A stretch of DNA of 64,000 nucleotides from Lachnospiraceae bacterium (GTDB taxonomy: Bacteria > Bacillota > Clostridia > Lachnospirales > Lachnospiraceae), in the NCBI GenBank assembly GCA_017634175.1, contig JAGBNY010000018.1, positions 2,283-66,282 on the forward strand, read 5' to 3'. Made by a program: the position numbers and the translations under genes. The notes beneath the pieces were generated by a model. The model was not told where the DNA came from. It did not search any database and worked only from the letters and a program-made list of their open reading frames with translations. This document shows, piece by piece, positions 26,777 to 35,652 of the stretch; within the stretch, counting starts at the first letter, position 1; each line of letters opens with the position of its first letter.

Positions 26777-27994
26777 CTATTTTGCTTCTTTGAGTTTCAT
26801 TGCACGGACTTTTGTAGAGAGACCGAACAGGGTGATGAAGCCTTCGGCGTCGTGGTGATCATAGAGATCGCCAGTCTTGAATGAAGCAAGGCTTTCGCTA
26901 TAGAGAGAATATGGAGAACTCTCACCGGCCTTTATGATATTGCCCTTGTATAGACGGAATTTTACCTCTCCTGTCACGTATTCCTGAGTGGACTCTATAA
27001 ATGCTTGAAGGGCGCTCCTCAGAGGGGTGAACCATTTGCCCTCATATACCAGTTGAGCAAATTCATCTGAAAGCGTTTTCTTGACTCTCATGCATTCACG
27101 GTCCAAGATGAGCTCTTCAAGCTGCTCGTGGGCAGCATATAGAATGGTGCCTCCTGGAGTCTCATAGACACCTCTGCTCTTCATTCCCACAACTCTATTC
27201 TCAACAATGTCAATTATGCCTATACCGTGCTTTCCGCCCAGCCTATTGAGTTCCCGTATAATGTCAGAGATTTTCATTTTCTTGCCATTTATGGAAATAG
27301 GCACGCCTTTTTCAAAGGTCATTGATACGTACTCAGATTCGTCTGGGGCATCCTCCGGACGCACTCCAAGGACTAAAATATGCTTGTAATTCGGTTCTTT
27401 TGAAGGGTCTTCAAGTTCCAGTCCTTCATGGCTTATATGCCATAGGTTCCTGTCCCTGCTGTAGGAGCTGTCAGCGGAAAATGGAAGGTTGATGCCATGG
27501 GAGCGGCAATATTCGATTTCTGATTCCCTGGAATCCATTTTCCAATTCGGGTCTCTCCAGGCGGCAATTATCCTTATTTCAGGAGCCAAGGCTTTGATTC
27601 CAAGCTCGAAACGAATCTGATCATTACCCTTGCCCGTTGCGCCGTGACAGATTGCGCTTGCCCCTTCCTTCTTTGCTATTTCGACTAGCTTTTTCGCGAT
27701 AAGCGGCCTTGCCATGGAAGTGCCGAGAAGATAGGAATTCTCGTATGTTGCATGAGCCTGGACACAGGGCAGGATGTATTCGTCTGCGAATTCATCTGTG
27801 ACATCTAGAATATAGAGCTTCTCTGCGCCGCAGGATTTTGCGCGCTCTTCCAAGTGATCTAGCTCTTCTTCCTGTCCGCAGTCTATGCAAACGCAGATTA
27901 CTTCATATCCATAAGTTTCCTTTAGCCATGGGATGATCGCAGTGGTATCGAGGCCTCCTGAATAGGCCAATACTACTTTTTCTTTTGAAGACAT
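26777..27994 (-). CDS. argG: Argininosuccinate synthase
   Basis: VVLAYSGGLDT, HGATGKGNDQIRFE, ENRVVGMKSRGVYETPG. Confidence 0.98.
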   Translation of the reverse strand: MSSKEKVVLAYSGGLDTTAIIPWLKETYGYEVICVCIDCGQEEELDHLEERAKSCGAEKLYILDVTDEFADEYILPCVQAHATYENSYLLGTSMARPLIAKKLVEIAKKEGASAICHGATGKGNDQIRFELGIKALAPEIRIIAAWRDPNWKMDSRESEIEYCRSHGINLPFSADSSYSRDRNLWHISHEGLELEDPSKEPNYKHILVLGVRPEDAPDESEYVSMTFEKGVPISINGKKMKISDIIRELNRLGGKHGIGIIDIVENRVVGMKSRGVYETPGGTILYAAHEQLEELILDRECMRVKKTLSDEFAQLVYEGKWFTPLRSALQAFIESTQEYVTGEVKFRLYKGNIIKAGESSPYSLYSESLASFKTGDLYDHHDAEGFITLFGLSTKVRAMKLKEAK

Positions 27995-28109
27995 AGTTAC
28001 CTCTCTCAGGAACTGCAGAAAAATGACTTATTTGCAGTTCCTTAATTAAAAGCTTGTTTTTTACAACACTTCATACTATACCAAAGGCAATTCTTTATCA
28101 AGTCACAGC

Positions 28110-28139
28110 TTGATTTTTCGGCTTTAGGTGAATTATACT
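28110..28139 (+). promoter_or_regulatory. Putative sigma-A promoter of the argC operon
   Basis: TTGATT, 18 nt spacer, TATACT. Confidence 0.5.
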
Positions 28140-28206
28140 ATTTCGGATATTTTTAAGGATACAGGGAAACAAAACTTGATTTTTCGCATAGAAAAGGAGA
28201 TTTGGA

Positions 28207-29244
28207 ATGCTCAAGGTAGGTATTATAGGAGCCACAGGTTATGCTGGTAATGAGCTCTTCAGGCTGCTTCAGTTTCATAGAGAAGTAACTATAGATTGGC
28301 TATATTCAAGAACTGAAAACGGTACTTATTCTTCAGACTATAGAAATTTTTTTGATGTTTGCGATCTTGATTTGACAAACGGAGAATTGTCAGACTTGAT
28401 AAAAAAGGAGGATGTGGTCTTTTCAGCCGCGCCGCAGGGTTTTCTGTCAAAGCTTTTGACAGAGGACATATTAAGAGACACAAAGATAATAGACTTGTCC
28501 GCAGACTACAGGCTGAAGAATGTTAAGACCTATGAGGAATGGTATAAGCTGGAACACGGATCCCCGGAATTATTGAAAGATGCTGTTTATGGACTTTCAG
28601 AAATATACAGGGATGAGATACGTTCTACAAGGCTTCTTGCAAATCCGGGCTGCTACACCACCTGTTCAATATTAACAGCTTGGCCATTGGTAAAAGAGCA
28701 CCTCATAGAGACCGATACATTGGTCATAAATGCTTTATCTGGTGTTTCCGGGGCGGGGAGGGGCGCAAAAAAGGACAACCTTTTCTGTGAACTAAATGAG
28801 AATGCCCATGCTTATGGTGTCACCGTGCATAGACATACTCCTGAAATCGAGGAGCAGCTATCGATTGCAGGAGGATCTGAAATAAGACTTAATTTCACTC
28901 CCCATATAGTCCCCATGAACAGGGGAATACTGGTAACTGCGATAGCCAATGTTAAAAGTGGCATTGATAAAGAGACCATAAAATCTGCCTATGAGAAATA
29001 TTATGGGAGCGAGCACTTTATCCGTTTGCTGCCGGAGGGTAAGAATCCAGAAACCAGGTTTGTGGAGGGCAGCAATTATGTGGATATAGGCTTCGTCTTG
29101 GACCAGAGGACTGGAAGAGTGGTGATGATGGGAGCCTTGGACAATCTGGTTAAGGGCGCGGCTGGTCAAGCTGTCCAAAACATGAACCTTATGTTTGGCT
29201 TTGATGAGAGTGAGGGAATAAATCAAATTCCTATGGTACCATAA
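28207..29244 (+). CDS. argC: N-acetyl-gamma-glutamyl-phosphate reductase
   Basis: GATGYAG, ANPGCY, SGVSGAGR, HRHTPEI, DNLVKGAAGQAVQN. Confidence 0.97.
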   Translation: MLKVGIIGATGYAGNELFRLLQFHREVTIDWLYSRTENGTYSSDYRNFFDVCDLDLTNGELSDLIKKEDVVFSAAPQGFLSKLLTEDILRDTKIIDLSADYRLKNVKTYEEWYKLEHGSPELLKDAVYGLSEIYRDEIRSTRLLANPGCYTTCSILTAWPLVKEHLIETDTLVINALSGVSGAGRGAKKDNLFCELNENAHAYGVTVHRHTPEIEEQLSIAGGSEIRLNFTPHIVPMNRGILVTAIANVKSGIDKETIKSAYEKYYGSEHFIRLLPEGKNPETRFVEGSNYVDIGFVLDQRTGRVVMMGALDNLVKGAAGQAVQNMNLMFGFDESEGINQIPMVP

Positions 29245-29246
29245 GT

Positions 29247-29714
29247 ATGATAATAAGGACAATGACAATAAAAGATTATGAGGCAGTTAAGTCCCTTTGG
29301 ATGACCATAAAAGGTTTTTCAATAAGGTCTATTGATGACAGCTTTGAAGGCGTGAAGAAGTTCATCCTTAGAAATCCAGCTACTTCGATAGTTGCAGAGG
29401 TTGATGGGAGAATCGTTGGAGCCATCCTCTGCGGCCATGATGGCCGACGAGCTACATTTTATCATGTATGCGTTGCAGAAGAGTACAGGAAAAGGGGCAT
29501 AGGAAAGAGCATGGTCGTGATGGCAATGAATGCGCTGAATAAAGAGAAAATCAATAAAGTTGCCTTGATTGCCTTTACAAAAAATGATGTAGGTAATGCT
29601 TTTTGGAGAAGCATTGGGTGGACTTATAGAACAGATTTGAATTATTATGATTTTACCTTGAATGAGAAAAACATAGAGTATTTTATAGAAAGCGAAGAAT
29701 GCAATGACAGATAG
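29247..29714 (+). CDS. GNAT N-acetyltransferase (YpeA-like)
   Basis: [24 protein letters not shown] (AcCoA motif A), NAFWRSIGW. Confidence 0.88.
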   Translation: MIIRTMTIKDYEAVKSLWMTIKGFSIRSIDDSFEGVKKFILRNPATSIVAEVDGRIVGAILCGHDGRRATFYHVCVAEEYRKRGIGKSMVVMAMNALNKEKINKVALIAFTKNDVGNAFWRSIGWTYRTDLNYYDFTLNEKNIEYFIESEECNDR

Positions 29715-30576
29715 AGAGATGACTGAAGTACAGCAAAAAGCCAGCGTTTTGATTGAGGCTCTGCCCTATATCCAGGCATTTAATCGGAAGATTATTGTGG
29801 TCAAGTATGGAGGCTCAGCGATGACATCCGCTGAGCTTCGGGATAATGTGATAAAGGACGTTACTCTCCTGAAGCTGGTGGGTTTCAAGCCAATCATAGT
29901 ACACGGAGGAGGGAAGGAAATAAGCCGCTGGACATCGAAGGTAGGCAAGAAAAGCGAGTTCGTAAATGGGCTCAGAGTGACAGATTCTGAAACCATGGAA
30001 ATAGCGGAGATGGTCTTGAATAAGGTGAATAAGGACCTGGTCCGAATGGTGGAGCGTCTGGGAGTCAGGGCGGCCGGGGTCAGCGGCAAGGACGGGGCCA
30101 TTCTCACCGTGCAGAAGAAATACAGCGATGGCCAGGATATTGGGTTCGTAGGAGAGATTAAGAAAGTTGACCCTAAATTGCTGCTGGACCTTCTGGAAAA
30201 GGATTTTCTGCCAATTGTTGCACCCATAGGAATGGATGAATCCTATAGTACGTACAATATAAATGCGGATGATGCGGCCTGTTCAATTGCGAAGGCCGTT
30301 AGGGCCGAGAAACTGGCCTTTCTTACGGACATAGCGGGACTGTATAGGGACTTGAATGATACTTCCACTTTCATTTCCAGGATAAGCGCTGATGAAGCAC
30401 AGCAGCTTTTGAACGATGGCATTGTTGGAGGTGGGATGCTTCCAAAGCTAGCCAATTGCATTGACGCAGTCAGAGGCGGGGTGGGCAATGTGCATATCCT
30501 GGATGGAAGAATCCAGCATTGCCTTCTGCTCGAAATATTTACTAATTCTGGGATTGGGACCTGGATAACGAATTAA
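29704..30576 (+). CDS. argB: Acetylglutamate kinase
   Basis: [31 protein letters not shown]. Confidence 0.97.
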   Translation: MTDREMTEVQQKASVLIEALPYIQAFNRKIIVVKYGGSAMTSAELRDNVIKDVTLLKLVGFKPIIVHGGGKEISRWTSKVGKKSEFVNGLRVTDSETMEIAEMVLNKVNKDLVRMVERLGVRAAGVSGKDGAILTVQKKYSDGQDIGFVGEIKKVDPKLLLDLLEKDFLPIVAPIGMDESYSTYNINADDAACSIAKAVRAEKLAFLTDIAGLYRDLNDTSTFISRISADEAQQLLNDGIVGGGMLPKLANCIDAVRGGVGNVHILDGRIQHCLLLEIFTNSGIGTWITN

Positions 30577-30591
30577 AAGGGGGGTTGATAG

Positions 30592-31779
30592 ATGAAAAAA
30601 ACAGATGAGATAATAGATATTGCGGATAATTATCTCCTGCACACCTATAATCGATTTGGAATTGTCCTTGAAAGAGGTGAAGGAGTCCGTTTATACGACA
30701 TTGAGGGGAAAAGCTACCTCGATTTCGCGGCGGGTATAGCAGTGTATGCCTTGGGTTATGGTAATGAGAGGGTGAATAAGGCCATAAAAGACCAGCTAGA
30801 TAAATTATCTCATACTTCCAACCTCTTCTATAACGAGCCATCTGCCCTTGCTTCAAAGGCTATATGCGAGGCCACAGGAATGGACAGGGTCTTTTTCACA
30901 AATAGCGGGACTGAGGCCATAGAAGGGGCGATAAAGACCGCCCTTAAATATAGCTGGAATAAAGAAGAGCGGGACGACTATGAGATAATAGCTATGAATG
31001 GGTCTTTCCATGGACGCAGTATGGGATCTCTTTCGGTTACAGGAAATAGGCATTATAGGGAACCATTCGGGCCGGGAATAGGACACATAAAATTTGCTGA
31101 GTACAATGATTTGGATAGCGTAAAGGCGCTTATTAGCGAGAAAACCTCTGCAATCATTTTAGAGACACTCCAAGGCGAAGGGGGGATCCATGTGGCTCAC
31201 GCCGCATTTATAGAGGGAATCAGAAGGCTTTGTGACGAGAACGGGATTCTGATGATTTTAGATGAAATCCAATGCGGCATGGGACGGACAGGGACGATGT
31301 TTGCCTATGAAAGGTATGGGATAAGTCCAGATATAATGACAGTCGCGAAGGCCGTAGGCGGAGGGCTGCCAGTCGGGGGCTTCTTGATGAAAGAAAGTGT
31401 CGCAGAATCATCAATGGTACCCGGTGACCATGGCAGTACCTATGGGGGAAATCCGCTATGCACTGCCGCGATCGCAGCCGTTTTAAAAGAATATAAGGAC
31501 AAAGATATTGTGTCCCATGTTAGGGAGATTGCTCCGTATTTGGAAAAAAGATTGGATGAAATAAAATCCCGTCATGATGACATAACAGATCGGAGGGGCT
31601 TGGGCTGCATGCAGGGTTTGGAGTTTAATCATCCGGTTGGCGATATTATAAAGAAATGCCAGGATGCGGGTCTCATACTTATTACAGCAGGAGCGAATGT
31701 AATCAGGCTGGTACCCCCTCTGGTTATTGGAAAAGAGGATATTGATCAGATGTACCAAATATTGGATAGCTGCATCTAA
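30592..31779 (+). CDS. argD: Acetylornithine aminotransferase
   Basis: NSGTEAIEGAIK, SFHGRS, DEIQCGMGRTG, AKAVGGG, HGSTYGGNP. Confidence 0.95.
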   Translation: MKKTDEIIDIADNYLLHTYNRFGIVLERGEGVRLYDIEGKSYLDFAAGIAVYALGYGNERVNKAIKDQLDKLSHTSNLFYNEPSALASKAICEATGMDRVFFTNSGTEAIEGAIKTALKYSWNKEERDDYEIIAMNGSFHGRSMGSLSVTGNRHYREPFGPGIGHIKFAEYNDLDSVKALISEKTSAIILETLQGEGGIHVAHAAFIEGIRRLCDENGILMILDEIQCGMGRTGTMFAYERYGISPDIMTVAKAVGGGLPVGGFLMKESVAESSMVPGDHGSTYGGNPLCTAAIAAVLKEYKDKDIVSHVREIAPYLEKRLDEIKSRHDDITDRRGLGCMQGLEFNHPVGDIIKKCQDAGLILITAGANVIRLVPPLVIGKEDIDQMYQILDSCI

Positions 31780-31789
31780 GGGCTAAATA

Positions 31790-31806
31790 GTTACAAAAGA
31801 ATTACA
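31790..31806 (-). promoter_or_regulatory. WalR/OmpR-type direct-repeat box upstream of comEA
   Basis: Minus strand reads TGTAAT-TCTTT-TGTAAC, fitting TGTWAH-N5-TGTWAH. Confidence 0.5.
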
Positions 31807-31908
31807 AAAATATTTCAGAAGTATTATTTTTTTGTTGCGTAATGAAAATATTTGAGTTAAAATTACATTGCGCATTAGGGATTGCCTGAGAATTAAATCA
31901 GGTGATTT

Positions 31909-32568
31909 ATGAAAAAAATAATTATATTTGTACTGTGTATCGTCCTTTTGTCGGCCTGTGGCTCAGATAGAGATATTGAATTCATCTTAGAAGAGGGTGA
32001 AAAAATCAATCAAGAGGACTCAAATATTACTGAACCCGAAACCGAACGCTTGGAAAGCAAGGAGTCTGGTAGTACGGCGGCTGCCGGGCAGCCAAAAGAC
32101 ACGGAATTGAAGACAGCAACTCTTTTCGTCTATGTCTGCGGAGCTGTTAATCATCCCGGAGTCTATGAGCTCCCGGAAGGCTCAAGACTTTACGAGGTTC
32201 TATCAAAGGCAGGAGGTCTGGCAGAGGATGCACAGATTAATTTGCTGAATCAAGCTGCTATATTGACTGATGGGCAGATGATATATGTCCCGACCATTGG
32301 CGAAGATATAGACGAGCTTTCAAAAGAGAACGAAGCTGCTCAGGCACGAAGCACCTTAGCGGGAGGGGCAGACAGCAATCTTGTCAATATTAATACTGCT
32401 GAGAGGGATATTCTTCTCACTCTGCCTGGTATTGGACAGTCGAAGGCGGATGCGATTATAGAATATAGGGATTCTCATGGGTCTTTTTCTAAGATAGAAG
32501 ATATCATGCAGGTTGCAGGTATAAAGGAGAAGCTTTTTTCTCAAATCAAAGACAAAATCAGGGTGTAG
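31909..32568 (+). CDS. comEA: Competence DNA receptor ComEA (lipoprotein-type signal)
   Basis: LSAC lipobox; SLBB domain VYVCGAVNHPGVY; HhH VNINTA..LPGIGQSKADAIIEYR. Confidence 0.92.
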   Translation: MKKIIIFVLCIVLLSACGSDRDIEFILEEGEKINQEDSNITEPETERLESKESGSTAAAGQPKDTELKTATLFVYVCGAVNHPGVYELPEGSRLYEVLSKAGGLAEDAQINLLNQAAILTDGQMIYVPTIGEDIDELSKENEAAQARSTLAGGADSNLVNINTAERDILLTLPGIGQSKADAIIEYRDSHGSFSKIEDIMQVAGIKEKLFSQIKDKIRV

Positions 32569-32573
32569 CGAAG

Positions 32574-33263
32574 ATGGCAAAAAAGGTTCTGGTGGTGGAC
32601 GATGAAAAGAACATAGTGAAGGGGATAGACTTCAGTCTGCGCCAGGACGACATGGATGTCGACAATGCCTTTGACGGCGAAGAAGCTTTGAATTTGGTCA
32701 AAAGCAATAGTTATGACATTATATTGCTGGATGTCATGCTGCCTAAGCTGTCGGGGTTTGAAGTATGCCAGCAAATAAGAGAGTTTTCCAATGTACCCAT
32801 AATCATGCTTACTGCAAAGGGCGATGATATGGACAAAATCTTGGGGCTCGAATACGGCGCTGATGATTATATAACAAAGCCATTTAATATCTTGGAAGTC
32901 AAGGCCAGGATAAAGGCGATAATGCGGCGTTCGGATAGAAAGCCTGCGGTAAAAGATGATGGGAATACAATAGAAAAAGGAGGCCTTAGATTGGACTTGG
33001 ACGGAAGGCGGGCTTATGTGAATGGGCGTGAGATAAGTCTTTCGGTCAAGGAATTCGATGTTCTGGAGCTACTAAGCAATAATCCTAATAAGGTTTATTC
33101 CAGAGAGGAACTGTTAAATATAATCTGGGTGAAGAACTTCATTGGGGACGAAAGAACAGTGGATGTCCATATAAGGAGACTCAGAGAGAAAATTGAGGAC
33201 AGTCCGAGCAACCCCCATTATATCCAGACAAAGTGGGGAGTGGGTTATTATTTTCAAGAATGA
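32574..33263 (+). CDS. OmpR-family response regulator, WalR-like
   Basis: VLVVDDE, LLDVMLP, GADDYITKPF, GDERTVDVHIRRLREKIEDSPSNP. Confidence 0.95.
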   Translation: MAKKVLVVDDEKNIVKGIDFSLRQDDMDVDNAFDGEEALNLVKSNSYDIILLDVMLPKLSGFEVCQQIREFSNVPIIMLTAKGDDMDKILGLEYGADDYITKPFNILEVKARIKAIMRRSDRKPAVKDDGNTIEKGGLRLDLDGRRAYVNGREISLSVKEFDVLELLSNNPNKVYSREELLNIIWVKNFIGDERTVDVHIRRLREKIEDSPSNPHYIQTKWGVGYYFQE

Positions 33264-33272
33264 GGATTTGGG

Positions 33273-34712
33273 ATGCAGCCGATCCTGACCTTTCTAATTA
33301 CAAAGTCTAAGGCTTTTAGAAGCCTCAGATTCCGATTTTTCGTACTCATGATGATCGTGGGACTCATTCCCTGTTTCATCATGCGTAAGACAATTCTTAT
33401 AAATTATTATGACCGTGCCGTTTCAGAGAGGACGCAGGGAGCCATGAATCAATGCAGGATTCTGGCCAATCATCTCGAGGCGGCAGGGTATCTTCAAAAT
33501 CCAGATAATGAGACAATAAATAGCGAGCTTGGGCAATTCTCCAGCATCTATGCTGGTAGGATAATGATTATTGACGGCGATTTTTTAGTTGTCAAGGACA
33601 CCTATGCCATGTCTGCCGGGAAAACTATTGTATCCAGGGAGATTATTGAATGTGCGAGAACAGGCACGGGAAATTCTCACTACGATAGCAGAAATGGATA
33701 CATAGAGGTATCGATTCCAATAATTGAATCCATAAGCGGCAGGACCATAGGGGTCATGTTTGCGAGTATTTCTACGGATAATATTGAGGACAGTCTTTCA
33801 ATCTTCAGCCGAAAGTCATCAATTATTTGGGTCATAACCATGGTTTGCATAGTGCTCTTGTCCATTTGGCTTTCAGGCTATCTCGTCCGTCCTTTCGCAA
33901 GAGTCACGGAGACAATTGAATCTGCGGATATGGGAGAGTATGCAGTTTCAATACCCGATTACACAGAGACTGAGGCAATAATGGATGCCTTCAATAAGCT
34001 CATGGCAAGGCTGAAGAAGCTGGATGATACAAGGAGCGAATTTGTCTCCAATGTTTCGCATGAGCTAAAGACCCCTCTGGCTTCGATGAAGGTGCTGGCC
34101 GATTCCATAAGAAGCGCCGATAATGTGGACTCTGATACCTACAAGGAGTTCATGAATGGGATAGCAGAGGAAGTGGACAGGCTTAACATAGTTATAACGG
34201 ATCTGCTTTCCTTGGTTAAGATGGAAAAGTCTGCAGGAAGCCTTAATATCCAGCCGACAGAACTTAAAGCCATGATTGATGTGATAATAAAGAGGGTACG
34301 CCCTCTTGCAGAGGAGGCTGGAATTTCAATAGAGTTCGAAGACAAAAAGGATATAATAGCTGATATAGACGATACAAAAATATCCCTTGCCATAATGAAT
34401 CTTGTGGAAAATGCGGTTAAGTATAATAAAAAGAACGGAAAAGTGAGAATAGAATTGGACTCGGATCATCAATTTTTTACTGTCTCTGTGGCTGATACGG
34501 GCATAGGAATCCCGGAAGATTCATTGGATCAGATTTTTGAAAGATTCTACAGGGTGGATAAGTCTCATTCCAGCGAGATAGGAGGGACCGGATTGGGACT
34601 CTCAATTGCCAGAAATGCGATTCTTTTGCATCGGGGATCAATAAAAGTTACCAGTACCAAAGACGAGGGGACAGTCTTTGTGGTGAGGATACCGCTAAAA
34701 TATGTTGCGTGA
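33273..34712 (+). CDS. Membrane sensor histidine kinase
   Basis: Two TM helices; H-box FVSNVSHELKTPL; NLVENAVKY, DTGIGI, FERFYRVDKS, GGTGLGL. Confidence 0.95.
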   Translation: MQPILTFLITKSKAFRSLRFRFFVLMMIVGLIPCFIMRKTILINYYDRAVSERTQGAMNQCRILANHLEAAGYLQNPDNETINSELGQFSSIYAGRIMIIDGDFLVVKDTYAMSAGKTIVSREIIECARTGTGNSHYDSRNGYIEVSIPIIESISGRTIGVMFASISTDNIEDSLSIFSRKSSIIWVITMVCIVLLSIWLSGYLVRPFARVTETIESADMGEYAVSIPDYTETEAIMDAFNKLMARLKKLDDTRSEFVSNVSHELKTPLASMKVLADSIRSADNVDSDTYKEFMNGIAEEVDRLNIVITDLLSLVKMEKSAGSLNIQPTELKAMIDVIIKRVRPLAEEAGISIEFEDKKDIIADIDDTKISLAIMNLVENAVKYNKKNGKVRIELDSDHQFFTVSVADTGIGIPEDSLDQIFERFYRVDKSHSSEIGGTGLGLSIARNAILLHRGSIKVTSTKDEGTVFVVRIPLKYVA

Positions 34713-35640
34713 ATATAGATTCAGATTTCTTCTTCTTCTTTTTTCGGCCCTTAGTCTAGTGTCATGTGCTAAGCCTGCTAAGGAGGGCTTGAGTCCACAA
34801 GTCGATGAGGCCGTGACCCAGAAGGTCTTTGCATATTTCTTGAATGTGGATGAGAATGGGATCAGCGGGAAAGAGGTAGAGGGATTAAAAAAAGACTCTC
34901 TTGTCAGAGATTTTATTGCGGCTCTAGAATCGGATCCGCAGGATCAGTCCTTAAAGCGGGTTTTGGGGAGTGAAGTTCATTTGGGTTCCTACAAGCTTAC
35001 AAATGGGATGTTGGAATTGGACTTTGACAGCGATTATCTGCGGATGAAAAGGGCTAAAGAAGTCCTTTTCAGGGCTTCCATTGTGCAGACATTGATGCAG
35101 TCGAATGAAGTGAGCTTTGTTACATTTTGCGTCAATGGGGACCCGCTGAAGAATAACTCAGGGAAGCCTGTAGGCTCGATGACTGACAAGAGCTTTATTT
35201 ATAATGCGCCCGATGAAATTTACTCTTATGAAAAAACCGTGCTCCACCTTTACTTTACTGATGAAACGGGGAAAAAGCTTGTGAGGTGCGATGAAGAGAC
35301 AGTATTTTCGACTAATGTACCCATGGAAAAGCTGGTGATGCAGAGTCTGATCGATGGCCCCAAGGGAAAAGGGGCTTATCCTACGATAGTGTCCGATACA
35401 AAGCTCAATAGCGTAGATGTGAAAGACGGCATTTGCTATGTGAGTCTGGATTCCGGAGCCGCTGATAAGCTGTATGATGTCTCTGAAGAAGTTGTATTGT
35501 ATTCTATAGTTGATTCCCTGACTGAAATAAGGGGGATTGAACGGGTTCAAATATCCATTAATGGCGAGACTGACAGGGTGCTTAGGGATAAAATGAGCCT
35601 GGCAGAATTCTATGAGAGAAACCTTGATTTGGTAAAATGA
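34702..35640 (+). CDS. GerMN-domain lipoprotein (two GerMN repeats)
   Basis: LSLVSC lipobox; repeats ending SIVQTLMQ..VSFVTFCVNG and SIVDSLTE..VQISING. Confidence 0.85.
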   Translation: MLREYRFRFLLLLFSALSLVSCAKPAKEGLSPQVDEAVTQKVFAYFLNVDENGISGKEVEGLKKDSLVRDFIAALESDPQDQSLKRVLGSEVHLGSYKLTNGMLELDFDSDYLRMKRAKEVLFRASIVQTLMQSNEVSFVTFCVNGDPLKNNSGKPVGSMTDKSFIYNAPDEIYSYEKTVLHLYFTDETGKKLVRCDEETVFSTNVPMEKLVMQSLIDGPKGKGAYPTIVSDTKLNSVDVKDGICYVSLDSGAADKLYDVSEEVVLYSIVDSLTEIRGIERVQISINGETDRVLRDKMSLAEFYERNLDLVK

Positions 35641-35652
35641 GGGAATGTAGGT

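Noticed and set aside
28125-28146. ARG box (TGAATTATACTATTTC)
   Set aside because: Only one half-site matches and there is no tandem partner.
32574-34712. Naming the TCS walRK or phoPR
   Set aside because: The kinase has no evident cytoplasmic PAS region, and walH/walI or pst/phoU genes are absent; left as WalR-like.
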